64,000 nucleotides of DNA from the NCBI GenBank assembly GCA_035480575.1, contig DATIHR010000022.1, forward strand, positions 750 through 64,749. The letters run 5' to 3'. Below the pieces are notes generated by a model. It saw nothing but the letters and a program-made list of their open reading frames with translations. It was not told the DNA's origin and searched no databases. Below, piece by piece: positions 1-10,130 of this stretch. How positions within the stretch are numbered: position 1 is the stretch's first letter; each line of letters opens with the position of its first letter. The position numbers were made by a program, and so were the translations under genes. The DNA is from Candidatus Saccharimonadales bacterium. GTDB lineage: Bacteria > Patescibacteriota > Saccharimonadia > Saccharimonadales > UBA4665.

Positions 1-3000
1 TCATCCGGCACTATCAATAACGATTGGTTTTACTCTAGATGGTCCGGCTATTTCGTAGCCCCAGCAACTGGCACCTACTACTTCGGCGGTAATAACGACG
101 ATTTACTCAAAGTAACTATCAATGGCCAGCAAGTATACATTAACGGTGGATGCTATACGGGCGTCTGCTATGGCTCGAGTATTACGCTGCAAGCTGGACA
201 AGTTGTGCCCATCGACGTACAACACAAAGAAGTAACCGGCCCGGCGTATGCACATCTATACGTTAAGGGGCCTGTGGACGAACAGGTGGTACCGCAAGCC
301 TGGTTACAGACTGGTGTACGGCCAGTATCCAACCAGCATGGTCTAACCGGCAGCTACTACGGCAAGTTCGACGGCACTAATACTTTCTCAAGCGGTAACG
401 CCCTGGTTATGAAGCGCACAGATACATTCCTGAACTTTGATTGGGGTAGCGGAGCGCCGGTAGCTAACGGCCCGGCAGACTTCCTGGTGCGTTGGTCCGG
501 ATACGTAACTGTACCGGTAAGCGGCACCTATAACTTCGGTACTAACAGTGATGATGGTTCCAAGATTACCGTCGGCACCGGCAATACTGTCGTGTACAAC
601 GATTGGACTACGCATGGCCCGACAGAGGGCTATGGTACGGGATATTTCCTAACCGCCAATCAGCCAGTACCCATTACGATTGAGTACTTCGATCAAGGCG
701 GCCCAGCTAGTTTCCAATTCAAAGTCCAGGGTGCTGTATCGCAGCAGATCGTTCCAAGCGATTGGCTGTCGCCAAAAGCCCAAGTATTACCTGACGGTTG
801 GAATCTGGGCATTGATCCAGATGGCGATCTTAACTATGATCACCTGAAAGCTAATCAAAATAGCGTAGTACTGAGCGATTCCACCGGCGATACGCACGAA
901 TATACCTACGTCAATGGCGGCTACAGACCACCAGTGAATGAAGACGGCCAGCTAGTGCGTAATGCTGACGGCACCTTTACTATGCAGGATACCGACGGCC
1001 GTACCTATGTGTTCGCGGCTGATGGCACACTCAGCTCTGTTACGAACCCAGTAGACGACCGCAAGCCAGCTGCTTTGCAGTATACCTACGGCAGTATCAA
1101 TGGCGGCCCGGCTACGCTAACTCAAATTACTGATGCCGTAGACTCCAGCCGTTGGGCAAAAGTGTACTATAGTGGCGATAGTAACTGCGGCAGCGCCCCA
1201 AGCAGCTTTGACACCAATGCACCCGCTGGTATGCTGTGTGCAGTAAAAACCAATGACGGCCGAGCCACCTACTTTTACTACAATACTGGCCAGTTGGCGC
1301 GTGTGGCCGAGCCAGGCAACCAGTACAATGATTACCAGTACGAAGCAGTAACAAATGGCGGTACAACGATTGGCTATCGTATGATAGGTACTCGCGATAG
1401 CTTGGCCAACGATGCTATTGCTGCCGGGGTTCGTTCAAACGATTCTACTGCTAAGACTGAAATGAGCTACGATGTACTTGGCCGTGTTACTAGCATTACG
1501 CAACCTGCAGCTACTGCTGGTGCCAGCCGTATGCAGCACACAGTTGAATATTTACCAGGCCCACTCGACAAGAGCTACGCGGGTGCTTCGCAGCAGCATA
1601 TAGTTGGAGCTACAGAACCAAATGGCTTCACTCATCGCGTGGAATACGACAATCTATTCAGAACTACTAAAGACACTGACATCACCAATCTCAGCACAAT
1701 TACTGAATGGGACGCCCTTAAAGACCTCCAGTACAGTACGACTGACGCCACTGGCCTTAAATCCACTGCGATTTACGATGACGAAGACCGCCCTACCGAC
1801 AGCTACGGCCCGGCACCAGCCAGCTACTACGGCACCGACCGCAAACCAACCAGTACATATGTGAGTCAAGTACCTCGTACCGAAAGCAAATACGACGAAG
1901 GGATAGTCGGCCCCGCTATAGCCTGGTATGACTACACTAAACAAACAGGCAACACTAACGGTACACTCTTTGGCGCTCCAAAGTTGCATACCACAGGCAT
2001 TAATACGGCTACGCCAGGCACGCTTAGCTACGACTTTGTTAGCCCACCTATTACTGCCAGTAGCGGTACGCAGGGCATTGGCCTGAGCGCTACCGGCAAG
2101 TTGCGACTACCTACCGGCACCTACGCCATTAACGCAGATACCAGCGATGGTGTTCGGGTATGGGTAGACGACCAGCTAGTGCTGGACAGTTGGATAGACA
2201 GTGCCTACCGAACTACTACCACCGGCATCGCCTTTACCGTTAGTGACAGCGTACCAAAACGTTTCCGCGCGGATGTATACCGTCGTACCGGATCTACGGG
2301 CACACTCAACCTCAAGATACAGCAGCAAGGTGGCTTTACCGCTACTACCGATTGGAGCAGTTACCTTAAGTCGGACTACTCGTTAGCCACTTCTGCCAAG
2401 ACTTATGACGCTACCCTTGGCGACAACACTACCACGACCAGCTATGGCAGTAACCCAGAGCTGGGTTTGGCCCAAAGCACTAGCCTCGACCCCACCGGCT
2501 TGAATCTAACTTCCACCAGTACCTACGAAACCCAGGGTGCTACCGGCAGCTACTTGCGCCAGCTAACCAAAACGTTGCCCGGCGGCAACACTACCAGCTA
2601 TAGCTACTACGGCGCAACTGAAACCAAGGACAACCCGTGTACTACCGGGACGACAGAGGCTTACAAACAGGCCGGTATGCTCAAGCTGCGTACTGACCCG
2701 GACCCCGACGGAGCAGGTTCCCAGACCCCTCGCACCACCGAAACAATCTACGATGATGCAGGTAAAGTTGTAGCTACACGCATAAATAGCGATTCGTGGA
2801 CGTGTACCACATACGATTCGCGCGAACGTGTAGCAAGTACAACTATCCCTGCTTACAATGGTGCGGCTGCCCGCACTATACAGAACGATTATGCCGTAGG
2901 CGGCAGCCCCCTGGTAGTAACAAGTTGGGACGATCAAGGCTGGATTGTAACTTGGATGGACCTTTTAGGCCGTAGTACTAAATATCGAGATGTACATGAT

Positions 3001-4788
3001 GACGAAACAACCAGCACTTACGACTCACAGGGCCATTTGACACAGCGGGTCAGCCCCCTCGGTACGGAAACATTCACCTACGACAATTTTGATCGGCTCG
3101 TAGACCAGAAGTTAGATACTGTCACCTATGCTCACATAACCTACGATACGTATAGCCGCATAGACAATGTTACCTACCCAGCCGCTGGTCAGCAAAAGGT
3201 CACCATGGCGCGCGACGCCCTGGGACGGCTCAACAGCCTCACCTATACCCTTGGAGACGGAACGACAACAGTTAACGATGTGGTAACACGCACACAGTCG
3301 AACCAAATCACAAGCGACGTCGTAACTTCCGGCTCTAACAGCCTCTGGTATAACTACAGCTATGACACAGCGGGTCGTATAACCGGCGCTACGGCTGGCC
3401 CGCATTCGTACAGCTACGGATACGGCACCGAATCTTCAACATGTAGCTCGGTAGCTGGTAACAATACAAATGCTGGTAAAAACAGCAATCGCACCACGCA
3501 AACAATTGATGGTACGACAACTACCTTCTGCTACGACCAGGCAGACCGTCTCAAGAGCAGCTCGAATGTGCTCTACAACGGTGGCGACTACGACAGTCAC
3601 GGCAACATGACGAGCGTAGGTACTGGTACCACTCCACTCCGTCTTTGCTTTGACAGTTCTGACAGGAATACCTGCATGACCCAACGTGACAGCAACGGTA
3701 CGGGTACAGCCATGTATTACAATCGCGATGTCCAGGGCCGCATTGTGGCAAGGTTCAAGAATACACTCACCAACTGGACAGCCACAGACGCTGGTGACTA
3801 CTGGTACGGCTTCACCGGCAGCGGTGACACTCCTGACTTTGTCCGTGACGCAGCCTGGAATGTTATCGAGAAGAATCTAGAGCTGCCTGGGGGCGTAATA
3901 GTGACCATAAAACCCCAAGAATCATTAGCCGCAAATAAAGCACTCTACTCGCTGCCGAACGTCCATGGCGATGTATTGCTGACAACCAACGCGAATGGTG
4001 TTAATACCTCTGCCGGTAATGGCCCGTTGAACACCTTTACGTATGATCCCTTTGGCCAAGTGTTAAGCGGTTCCGTCCTCCCCGCTAACGCAGACCATGC
4101 CAGCTATGGCTACGTAGGCCAGCACGAGAAGCTTACTGAGAGTGAGTATGCTCTTACACCCATCCAGATGGGATCGAGAGTGTATATACCAGGACTTGGT
4201 AGGTTCTTACAGGTCGACCCCCAAGAAGGTGGTACACCCAATAACTACGTGTACCCGCCAGATCCGATTAATGACTTTGACCTAAGCGGAGAATTCGGAT
4301 GGAAAAGCTTTGCGAGTATCGCGAGTGTTGGTTCGATGATACCCGGGCCCATAGGCATGGCGAGTGCTGCGGTGTCTGCTGCAGCTTATGCTGCTGCGGG
4401 GGATAAGAAACAGGCTCTGATAATGGCTGGCTGTGTCGCTGCGGCGGCAGTTGGGGCTGGTGCGGCGGTACAAGCCTACAAGATTGCCAAAGACGTTAAG
4501 GCGGTTTCTACGGTCGCTAAACTAGGTCAAATGCAGAAGGTCGCGGGGACGTCTGTACATGCAGCTCAGAGGATGCAGCAACGTAGCATCACGTCGACAA
4601 TGATACAAAAGGCGATACAAAAAGGCGTGAGATACAACGACGCTAAACATCTGAATACATACGCTCACGTTTTGCATGGTGGCATGGCATCGGGTAAGAC
4701 GCTGTATGTATCGACAAACAAATTCACCGGTAAGGTAATCACCGCTATAACGCGAAGGGTATTTAAGCCCGGAAAGAGGTGGTTCTAA
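1..4788 (+). CDS. Rhs/YD-repeat polymorphic toxin with PA14 domains, 5'-partial (frame is open from base 1); C-terminal DUF4258/RelE-like tip
   Basis: Frame 1 has no stop from base 1 ([18 protein letters not shown]...). PA14-like blocks (RWSGY...GTYxFG...DDG) at about 1-260, 340-770 and 1915-2330. YD repeats; Rhs core end GRFLQVDP...[10 protein letters not shown] ending at 4290; tip [12 protein letters not shown]. Confidence 0.9.
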   Translation, partial: SSGTINNDWFYSRWSGYFVAPATGTYYFGGNNDDLLKVTINGQQVYINGGCYTGVCYGSSITLQAGQVVPIDVQHKEVTGPAYAHLYVKGPVDEQVVPQAWLQTGVRPVSNQHGLTGSYYGKFDGTNTFSSGNALVMKRTDTFLNFDWGSGAPVANGPADFLVRWSGYVTVPVSGTYNFGTNSDDGSKITVGTGNTVVYNDWTTHGPTEGYGTGYFLTANQPVPITIEYFDQGGPASFQFKVQGAVSQQIVPSDWLSPKAQVLPDGWNLGIDPDGDLNYDHLKANQNSVVLSDSTGDTHEYTYVNGGYRPPVNEDGQLVRNADGTFTMQDTDGRTYVFAADGTLSSVTNPVDDRKPAALQYTYGSINGGPATLTQITDAVDSSRWAKVYYSGDSNCGSAPSSFDTNAPAGMLCAVKTNDGRATYFYYNTGQLARVAEPGNQYNDYQYEAVTNGGTTIGYRMIGTRDSLANDAIAAGVRSNDSTAKTEMSYDVLGRVTSITQPAATAGASRMQHTVEYLPGPLDKSYAGASQQHIVGATEPNGFTHRVEYDNLFRTTKDTDITNLSTITEWDALKDLQYSTTDATGLKSTAIYDDEDRPTDSYGPAPASYYGTDRKPTSTYVSQVPRTESKYDEGIVGPAIAWYDYTKQTGNTNGTLFGAPKLHTTGINTATPGTLSYDFVSPPITASSGTQGIGLSATGKLRLPTGTYAINADTSDGVRVWVDDQLVLDSWIDSAYRTTTTGIAFTVSDSVPKRFRADVYRRTGSTGTLNLKIQQQGGFTATTDWSSYLKSDYSLATSAKTYDATLGDNTTTTSYGSNPELGLAQSTSLDPTGLNLTSTSTYETQGATGSYLRQLTKTLPGGNTTSYSYYGATETKDNPCTTGTTEAYKQAGMLKLRTDPDPDGAGSQTPRTTETIYDDAGKVVATRINSDSWTCTTYDSRERVASTTIPAYNGAAARTIQNDYAVGGSPLVVTSWDDQGWIVTWMDLLGRSTKYRDVHDDETTSTYDSQGHLTQRVSPLGTETFTYDNFDRLVDQKLDTVTYAHITYDTYSRIDNVTYPAAGQQKVTMARDALGRLNSLTYTLGDGTTTVNDVVTRTQSNQITSDVVTSGSNSLWYNYSYDTAGRITGATAGPHSYSYGYGTESSTCSSVAGNNTNAGKNSNRTTQTIDGTTTTFCYDQADRLKSSSNVLYNGGDYDSHGNMTSVGTGTTPLRLCFDSSDRNTCMTQRDSNGTGTAMYYNRDVQGRIVARFKNTLTNWTATDAGDYWYGFTGSGDTPDFVRDAAWNVIEKNLELPGGVIVTIKPQESLAANKALYSLPNVHGDVLLTTNANGVNTSAGNGPLNTFTYDPFGQVLSGSVLPANADHASYGYVGQHEKLTESEYALTPIQMGSRVYIPGLGRFLQVDPQEGGTPNNYVYPPDPINDFDLSGEFGWKSFASIASVGSMIPGPIGMASAAVSAAAYAAAGDKKQALIMAGCVAAAAVGAGAAVQAYKIAKDVKAVSTVAKLGQMQKVAGTSVHAAQRMQQRSITSTMIQKAIQKGVRYNDAKHLNTYAHVLHGGMASGKTLYVSTNKFTGKVITAITRRVFKPGKRWF

Positions 4789-4789
4789 A

Positions 4790-5020
4790 ATGAAAAGGAG
4801 AGATGAAGTGAAAGTTACTTATGATAAAGAGGCTGACGCAGCCTATATATACCTAGATGATATCAGTCAAGATGAAGTGTCAGAAACCTTCACTTGTGAC
4901 GATCTCCCCCCCACTGTTAAGGGGGATATTAACCTCGACTTTGACTCAAAGGGAATCTTAAGGGGTATTGAGATCCTTGGCGCATCGAAAGTCCTACCCC
5001 AAAATGCTCTCAAAGGTTAG
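4790..5020 (+). CDS. DUF2283-family protein, probable cognate immunity/antitoxin
   Basis: YDKEADAAYIYL...INLDFDSKGILRGIEILGAS motif; starts 1 nt after the toxin stop. Confidence 0.8.
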   Translation: MKRRDEVKVTYDKEADAAYIYLDDISQDEVSETFTCDDLPPTVKGDINLDFDSKGILRGIEILGASKVLPQNALKG

Positions 5021-5023
5021 ATA

Positions 5024-5500
5024 ATGCCAAAGTACAACATAGATTTTGAGGGCCAACCAACAAAAGGTACACTTGTTTATATAGAAGAAGATCATGCCTT
5101 CAACTTTACCGGCTTTGATAAACGGATGAAGACAGCGGCCATCACCATAAACGAAACACTACAAGTTGAATTTTTAGTTGAGACGGGAAAAGTGGTTTAC
5201 GTATGGGGTTATTATCCAAAAGAGTCCTGGGGCAGTGGCAAGGTTGTGCCTCCCCATCACACCAATGGGGAGGTGTATGTTGACGTGGGCGAAGCTCCTG
5301 ATATGGGGGTTGGTTATGAAGAACCTTCTGTTGTCGGCAAGGCGGTGTTTGATCGGGAGAGCGGCTGGTTTCATATTGGTGCCCCTGAATGCTCTACTTG
5401 CATAGAGGTGGCCGACCATACCGTCCTAGGATTCGATGTAGAGAATCATTTAAGGTCAGTATGGCTCCATCCGGACATTCAGGCAAAAGACGCCCTATAG
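5024..5500 (+). CDS. Putative orphan immunity protein
   Basis: 158-aa ORF 3 nt after DUF2283; beta-rich, ends LRSVWLHP; position in the toxin locus. Confidence 0.5.
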   Translation: MPKYNIDFEGQPTKGTLVYIEEDHAFNFTGFDKRMKTAAITINETLQVEFLVETGKVVYVWGYYPKESWGSGKVVPPHHTNGEVYVDVGEAPDMGVGYEEPSVVGKAVFDRESGWFHIGAPECSTCIEVADHTVLGFDVENHLRSVWLHPDIQAKDAL

Positions 5501-5522
5501 CTTAAGGTACATAGAGATCAGT

Positions 5523-5840
5523 ATGACAGTGAACAACAAAAGTTTTTGGGTGTTTGCCTATCGGCATGAGGGTGAATACGTCCCCGAAGAGATTGTGGGT
5601 GCCCCAGAAGATAGGTTTGCAAATCTTGAATACGGGGACGTCAAAGAGGGTTCATATCAGTTGTGGGAATACCCAAGCGGCAAGATATTCAATATAGCAC
5701 CCGATAGAGAGCTTGGTAAAGACGAGGACTATTATGCGACGCCGTATAACAACAAGGGTAGCGTATGGTTGCCGAAACTTGTGGAAGTGGGTGTTGACCA
5801 AGATAGGGTCGCGAAGGCGTATAGCGGCTTGAAGGTCTAG
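5523..5840 (+). CDS. Hypothetical protein, possible orphan immunity
   Basis: 105-aa acidic ORF, co-oriented and tightly packed in the toxin locus. Confidence 0.5.
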   Translation: MTVNNKSFWVFAYRHEGEYVPEEIVGAPEDRFANLEYGDVKEGSYQLWEYPSGKIFNIAPDRELGKDEDYYATPYNNKGSVWLPKLVEVGVDQDRVAKAYSGLKV

Positions 5841-5842
5841 AC

Positions 5843-6415
5843 TTGATGATAGTTACACCCAAACAAGACATTTTTGAGCCAGGAGACTCTAAAAATCCCC
5901 TAAGGATATTCACCAAAGGTAAAGATTATATTGTCTACGCGCTTTACCTAGAGAAAGATATACCAAAATGGTATTGCTTATTGCACGATGAGGATGCAGG
6001 CTATTATCCGATGGCGCATGAGGCAATCAAGTTTAAGGTAGTTGACAATGACACTACTGCTAACTGGGTCTACTCAAAGAAACGCGGCGTATTCCGCAAA
6101 GAGCAAACCTACTCGTATCCAGAATGGGCAAACGATAAAACCTATTATCAATACCTGGTTGGCGACGACCTCCATCCGGCCGAGAGCAAAAAGGCAGCTA
6201 ACGTATTCCAAGATAAAGTGGCACAGTACACCAAAGATTATGCCATCAAAAAGTTTGGTTCGGTCAAAGCGGCGAAAGAACACGTACTGAAGAAGCGCTA
6301 TGAGGATGAATTAAGACTTCATAAAGAGCGCGGCTTTGACCGCCCGGAGAAGCCGGAAGTTACCGATAAAATCCTTGATAGTCTGCCTTTACGCATGGCG
6401 GATATAGCCGACTAA
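5843..6415 (+). CDS. Putative orphan immunity protein
   Basis: 190 aa; Y..YAL...YPMAHEAIKFKVVD...YSYPEWANDKTYYQYLV pattern recalled from toxin-locus immunity genes. Confidence 0.5.
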   Translation: MMIVTPKQDIFEPGDSKNPLRIFTKGKDYIVYALYLEKDIPKWYCLLHDEDAGYYPMAHEAIKFKVVDNDTTANWVYSKKRGVFRKEQTYSYPEWANDKTYYQYLVGDDLHPAESKKAANVFQDKVAQYTKDYAIKKFGSVKAAKEHVLKKRYEDELRLHKERGFDRPEKPEVTDKILDSLPLRMADIAD

Positions 6416-6745
6416 TCTCGATCTAGACACAGCTCCGTTGGCAGCTTTTGTCGTGCCCCGTGTGTTTAACGGTATGTTCAACGAGAGGTTCGCGGAAGCT
6501 CTTATTGTCGATATGACTTTGACGGCTCGGCCTACATAACTCATAATACTGAGCATTAACAACTAGACCCCGATTCTCATCAGGACACTTGCCAGCGAAG
6601 CGAACGCGTAAACATTTCTTAGACGATGAGAACTAGTAAGTAGTGGACACCACCCACGTAAAAAAGGGATGCTTGCGGACGGATCGTAATTGACCAAAGT
6701 CAAATACACCCCCGCTTTATTTGGCTTTGGGCGAGGAGATCGCTC

Positions 6746-6922
6746 ATGGAGCCTCAAGCAGCTGCTTTGCCGCAAGAAGCGCACGAACCGTCATACGATG
6801 ACCCTGATAGCAATCTTGTTGCGTTTATAGACGAACTACAAAAGATAGATTTAAATAGTCCGTTAGCGAAGTTAAATCCAACATCCATCTCAGATAATAA
6901 TGGCGGTAGGATCGCACTATAG
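6746..6922 (+). CDS. Small 58-aa ORF upstream of the recombinase (MEPQAAALPQEAHEPSYDD...)
   Basis: Read manually; GAGGAG Shine-Dalgarno upstream; stop is 6 nt before the recombinase ATG. Confidence 0.45.
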   Translation: MEPQAAALPQEAHEPSYDDPDSNLVAFIDELQKIDLNSPLAKLNPTSISDNNGGRIAL

Positions 6923-6928
6923 TTTTAG

Positions 6929-8506
6929 ATGTTAAAATGGGGCATGCCTCGCAAAGAATCGATAGACATACGCAAACTCCGATACGTGTTGTACGCCCGC
7001 AAATCAACTGAAGATGAAGCGCGTCAGGTGCGTTCAGTCGGTGACCAGATAAAGGACTGCCAGAAGCTGGCAAAAGATCTTGGGCTGAACGTCGTCGAGA
7101 CAATAAAAGAGACCAAATCTGCCAAGCGTCCGGATCAACGACCTCTTTTCTCGAAGATGATTAAAGACATTGAGGCGAAGAAATACGATGCCATCCTTTG
7201 CTGGCACCCTGACAGGTTGTGTCGAAACATGCTTGAGGGTGGCCGCATTATCAATATGTTGGACGAGAACACGTTAAAAGATATTCGTTTCAACAGCCAC
7301 CAATTTAGCAATGATGCAAACGGCAAAATGCTCCTGGGTATGCTTTTTGTTTTCTCGAAGCAATATTCGGACGACCTATCTGATAAAGTAAATCGCGGTA
7401 TAAGCGGTAATCTGGAAGAAGGTAAATCGGCGGGTGCGCCTAAGCTGGGATACACGCGCAGCGAGGTGACTGGCTATTACGAACCTAACGAATTTTTTGG
7501 TGTAATCGAAGAGGCCTGGCGTAGAAGGCTTACCGGCGAGAGCTTAGATGCAATAACTGCCTACTTACATGAACAGAATGTCCATAGGGTGACGAAGAAT
7601 AAGAAGAAACAGCGAATTCTAAGACCAGGCAAAAGTACCGTCGGTTATATGTTCAGCGACCCATTCTACTACGGCATTTTGATACAGGCTAGCCAAACTG
7701 TTGATTTATGCGAGCTTACACCTTTCAAGAAGATCGTCACCAAAGAGATGTACGAACAGGTGCAGGCCCTGGGTTACGGCAGGACAAAAAGTCATGCCGA
7801 CAAGAAACGGACAACGTTTTTCCCGTTGCGTGGTTTTGTATATTGCGGAGTTTGTAATAGCGATAAATACATGAAGGTGGGCAAAAATAAGACTGGCGGC
7901 GGCACGTACGTCCTTACTTACAGGTGTGACAATAAAGAGTGCACGCGTCAGGTGAAGTCTTTTAGAGCCAAGTACATATTTGAATCGATTTATAAAACAC
8001 TGGATAAGTTTGAACTAGGCGATGAGGCTTATGGCCGCTATAGTGCGAAGATTGACGGCCGCACTGATGAGAAGATAGTTGAAATCAAACAAGCCATTCA
8101 CAGTAAGCGTGGAGTCTTGAGCCACATTAAAAGTGAGCTTAGTGAGCGGGCGTTGGCTGTTGGGCGTATGGAAAAGAAGTCGCCAGCATATCAGCCGAAC
8201 ATGGATAAGCTCGAACAGCTTGCCGATCAACAGGCCGATCTTGAAGAAGAAATTCGCAAGCTGGATGAAAAAGTGGCAAATCCGCGCCAAATAAAGGTAG
8301 GCAGGGAAGAGTTTTTGAACCTGGTGAAAACAGCGTCACAACGGATGAAAGCTGGCTCTGCAGTCGAAAAAGACGTACTTTGTCGCATTTTGTTTTTGAA
8401 CCTACGCGTAGATAACGAAAAAGTGGCCTCCTACCTCTGGCGCGAACCGTTCGCGACGTTGGTAAAGGCCACTGAAATCCAGGATGGTGGGGGTGGATGG
8501 ACTTGA
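6929..8506 (+). CDS. Large serine recombinase/integrase
   Basis: YARKSTE catalytic motif, resolvase domain, recombinase domain, Zn ribbon (CGVC...YRCDNKEC) and coiled coil; 525 aa. Confidence 0.92.
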   Translation: MLKWGMPRKESIDIRKLRYVLYARKSTEDEARQVRSVGDQIKDCQKLAKDLGLNVVETIKETKSAKRPDQRPLFSKMIKDIEAKKYDAILCWHPDRLCRNMLEGGRIINMLDENTLKDIRFNSHQFSNDANGKMLLGMLFVFSKQYSDDLSDKVNRGISGNLEEGKSAGAPKLGYTRSEVTGYYEPNEFFGVIEEAWRRRLTGESLDAITAYLHEQNVHRVTKNKKKQRILRPGKSTVGYMFSDPFYYGILIQASQTVDLCELTPFKKIVTKEMYEQVQALGYGRTKSHADKKRTTFFPLRGFVYCGVCNSDKYMKVGKNKTGGGTYVLTYRCDNKECTRQVKSFRAKYIFESIYKTLDKFELGDEAYGRYSAKIDGRTDEKIVEIKQAIHSKRGVLSHIKSELSERALAVGRMEKKSPAYQPNMDKLEQLADQQADLEEEIRKLDEKVANPRQIKVGREEFLNLVKTASQRMKAGSAVEKDVLCRILFLNLRVDNEKVASYLWREPFATLVKATEIQDGGGGWT

Positions 8507-8560
8507 ACCATCGACCAAAGGATTATGAGTCCTCTGCTCTAACCACTGAGCTACACCCCC
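8485..8560 (-). tRNA. tRNA-Ile2 (CAU, lysidine type), CCA encoded
   Basis: GGGGGTGTAGCTCAGTGGTTAGAGCAGAGGACTCATAATCCTTTGGTCGATGGTTCAAGTCCATCCACCCCCACCA. Ile2 assigned by resemblance and by elimination, since fMet and elongator Met are found elsewhere in the window. Confidence 0.85.
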
Positions 8561-8717
8561 GGAGTGCGCAAGTCTGCGCACGAGTATTCGATAGCTCGGA
8601 TTGGCCATGCAGTCCAACCGTTAGCCCGAATACTGTTCGCGTTACACTCGCTTCAAGCAATGTAACAGAGTGAGTATAGCAGATTTGGTCCCTGTTATAT
8701 AATGGTTATACCTACTT

Positions 8718-9182
8718 ATGGACACAAATATTACAAAATATAGGCAAAAAATCGTTCAATTCCTCGTAAGCCTTAAAGATTTGCGGGTATTGGGGCTGTT
8801 TGTGTTTTTGGTTATTGTGCTGCTGGTAAGCTGGAGCGGCGTGAAGGCTATAGAAACAAACTACACGTTGCAAAAGCAAATTGCCCAGTTGCAGCAAGAA
8901 AACGCCGTGCAGAAACTAGCCAACCAAAACCTGGCGCTAGAGAACGACTACTACAAAACACCCCAGTACCTAGAACTGTCAGCGCGTAAAGATTTTGGCT
9001 TGGCGGCTGCGGGCGAAACAGTGTGGGTCGTGCCGAAGCATGTAGCGCTGGCACATACGGTAGATGTGCCCAAGCCGGTAGGTGTGTCAGCTGTTAAAAC
9101 CGATACCAACAAGCGGCCGGCGTACCAGCGCAATGTAACTGCCTGGCTCGACTTCTTATTCCATCGCCAACCGGCGCAATAA
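8718..9182 (+). CDS. ftsB: Septum formation initiator FtsB/DivIC family
   Basis: Single TM, coiled coil, YLELSARKDFGLAAAGET motif. Confidence 0.8.
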   Translation: MDTNITKYRQKIVQFLVSLKDLRVLGLFVFLVIVLLVSWSGVKAIETNYTLQKQIAQLQQENAVQKLANQNLALENDYYKTPQYLELSARKDFGLAAAGETVWVVPKHVALAHTVDVPKPVGVSAVKTDTNKRPAYQRNVTAWLDFLFHRQPAQ

Positions 9183-9198
9183 CGGTTATTATGATTAC

Positions 9199-9720
9199 GT
9201 GAACGCTTTGAGGCGCTGTGTTGGTTTAGTAGCCGCCGCTGTTTGTATGGCAGTTGGATTTGGCGCTGCCACTGCCCACGCGCACATTAATGGCAAGGCA
9301 CTGGTAAATATTAATGGCATCGACGTTATTGCCAGCACCAATCCGTATTCTATAAACGACCAGGCGCCCGAACTCTACGAGACAAAACAAGTACTGACAT
9401 TTTATATAAATAAAATCGCGCTGCCGGCATCGGTGCCGGCGGACGCAACGTTCCAGTGGTCGTGGGGTGACGACACGCCTGACGAGCAAGGCAGGCTTGC
9501 CCGCCATACCTACACGAAAGCAGGCACCTACCATGTAAAGGTATTGGCTCAAACGAAGGGCAGTACGGAATTTACGCGGCTCGATATAGTAGAGGTAACA
9601 CTGAAGCAACAGCCACGAACGCTGGCTAATGTAATTACCTTGGGCGTAGGTATTCTGGTTATTGGCGGTATTATTGCTGGCTTGCGGTGGGCGCACGCAC
9701 CGCATAAAAAGCGGCGCTAG
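9199..9720 (+). CDS. Secreted/anchored PKD-domain protein
   Basis: Signal peptide ending AHA-H; WSWGDD...HTYTKAGTYHV PKD motif; C-terminal TM. Confidence 0.75.
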   Translation: MNALRRCVGLVAAAVCMAVGFGAATAHAHINGKALVNINGIDVIASTNPYSINDQAPELYETKQVLTFYINKIALPASVPADATFQWSWGDDTPDEQGRLARHTYTKAGTYHVKVLAQTKGSTEFTRLDIVEVTLKQQPRTLANVITLGVGILVIGGIIAGLRWAHAPHKKRR

Positions 9721-9759
9721 CGCTGTGGTAGTATGGAACCATACGCAAGGATAGTAACA

Positions 9760-10128
9760 ATGAAATCTAAATATATCGTGTTTGTTGTCGTGGCTATAGC
9801 CGTACTGGTTGGCCTATTTGTATTGCTTAGGCCAAAAGATTCGACGCAGCCATCCACGTCGGCAACGAAGTCATTTGTACTGGTCGTTAAAGGCAAGCGG
9901 TTAGCGGAAGGCCCACAAACTCTGACGGTTAAAAAGGGTGATGTTGTGGCAATCGCCATTACCTCTGACGAAGAAGAGGAGCTACACCTCCATGGCTACG
10001 ACAAGAGTGTCGACCTAGAGCCAAACAAACAAGCCACGCTGCGTTTTACAGCCGATAAAACCGGCAATTTTCCGTATGAACTAGAGCATTCAAAAACGGA
10101 TATCGGGTCGCTGCAAGTGCAGCCGTAG
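9760..10128 (+). CDS. Membrane-anchored cupredoxin-like protein
   Basis: N-terminal TM; TVKKGDVV...HLHGYD...FTADKTGNFPYELEH. Confidence 0.75.
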   Translation: MKSKYIVFVVVAIAVLVGLFVLLRPKDSTQPSTSATKSFVLVVKGKRLAEGPQTLTVKKGDVVAIAITSDEEEELHLHGYDKSVDLEPNKQATLRFTADKTGNFPYELEHSKTDIGSLQVQP

Positions 10129-10130
10129 CC

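Larger units (their letters stand above)
1..8506. mobile_element. Probable integrative island at the tRNA-Ile2 3' end; left boundary not found in the window
   Basis: Recombinase abuts and overlaps the tRNA 3' end, with toxin/immunity cargo to its left. No second att copy was confidently seen. Confidence 0.4.

Noticed and set aside
6640-6715. Possible degenerate copies of the tRNA-Ile2 3' end (second att site)
   Set aside because: The best match is about 15/19 with a gap and C-run driven, too weak to define an island boundary.
8402-8617. ORF-track entries 8402-8617, 16178-16414 and 46395-46631
   Set aside because: They are translations across tRNA genes, not proteins.
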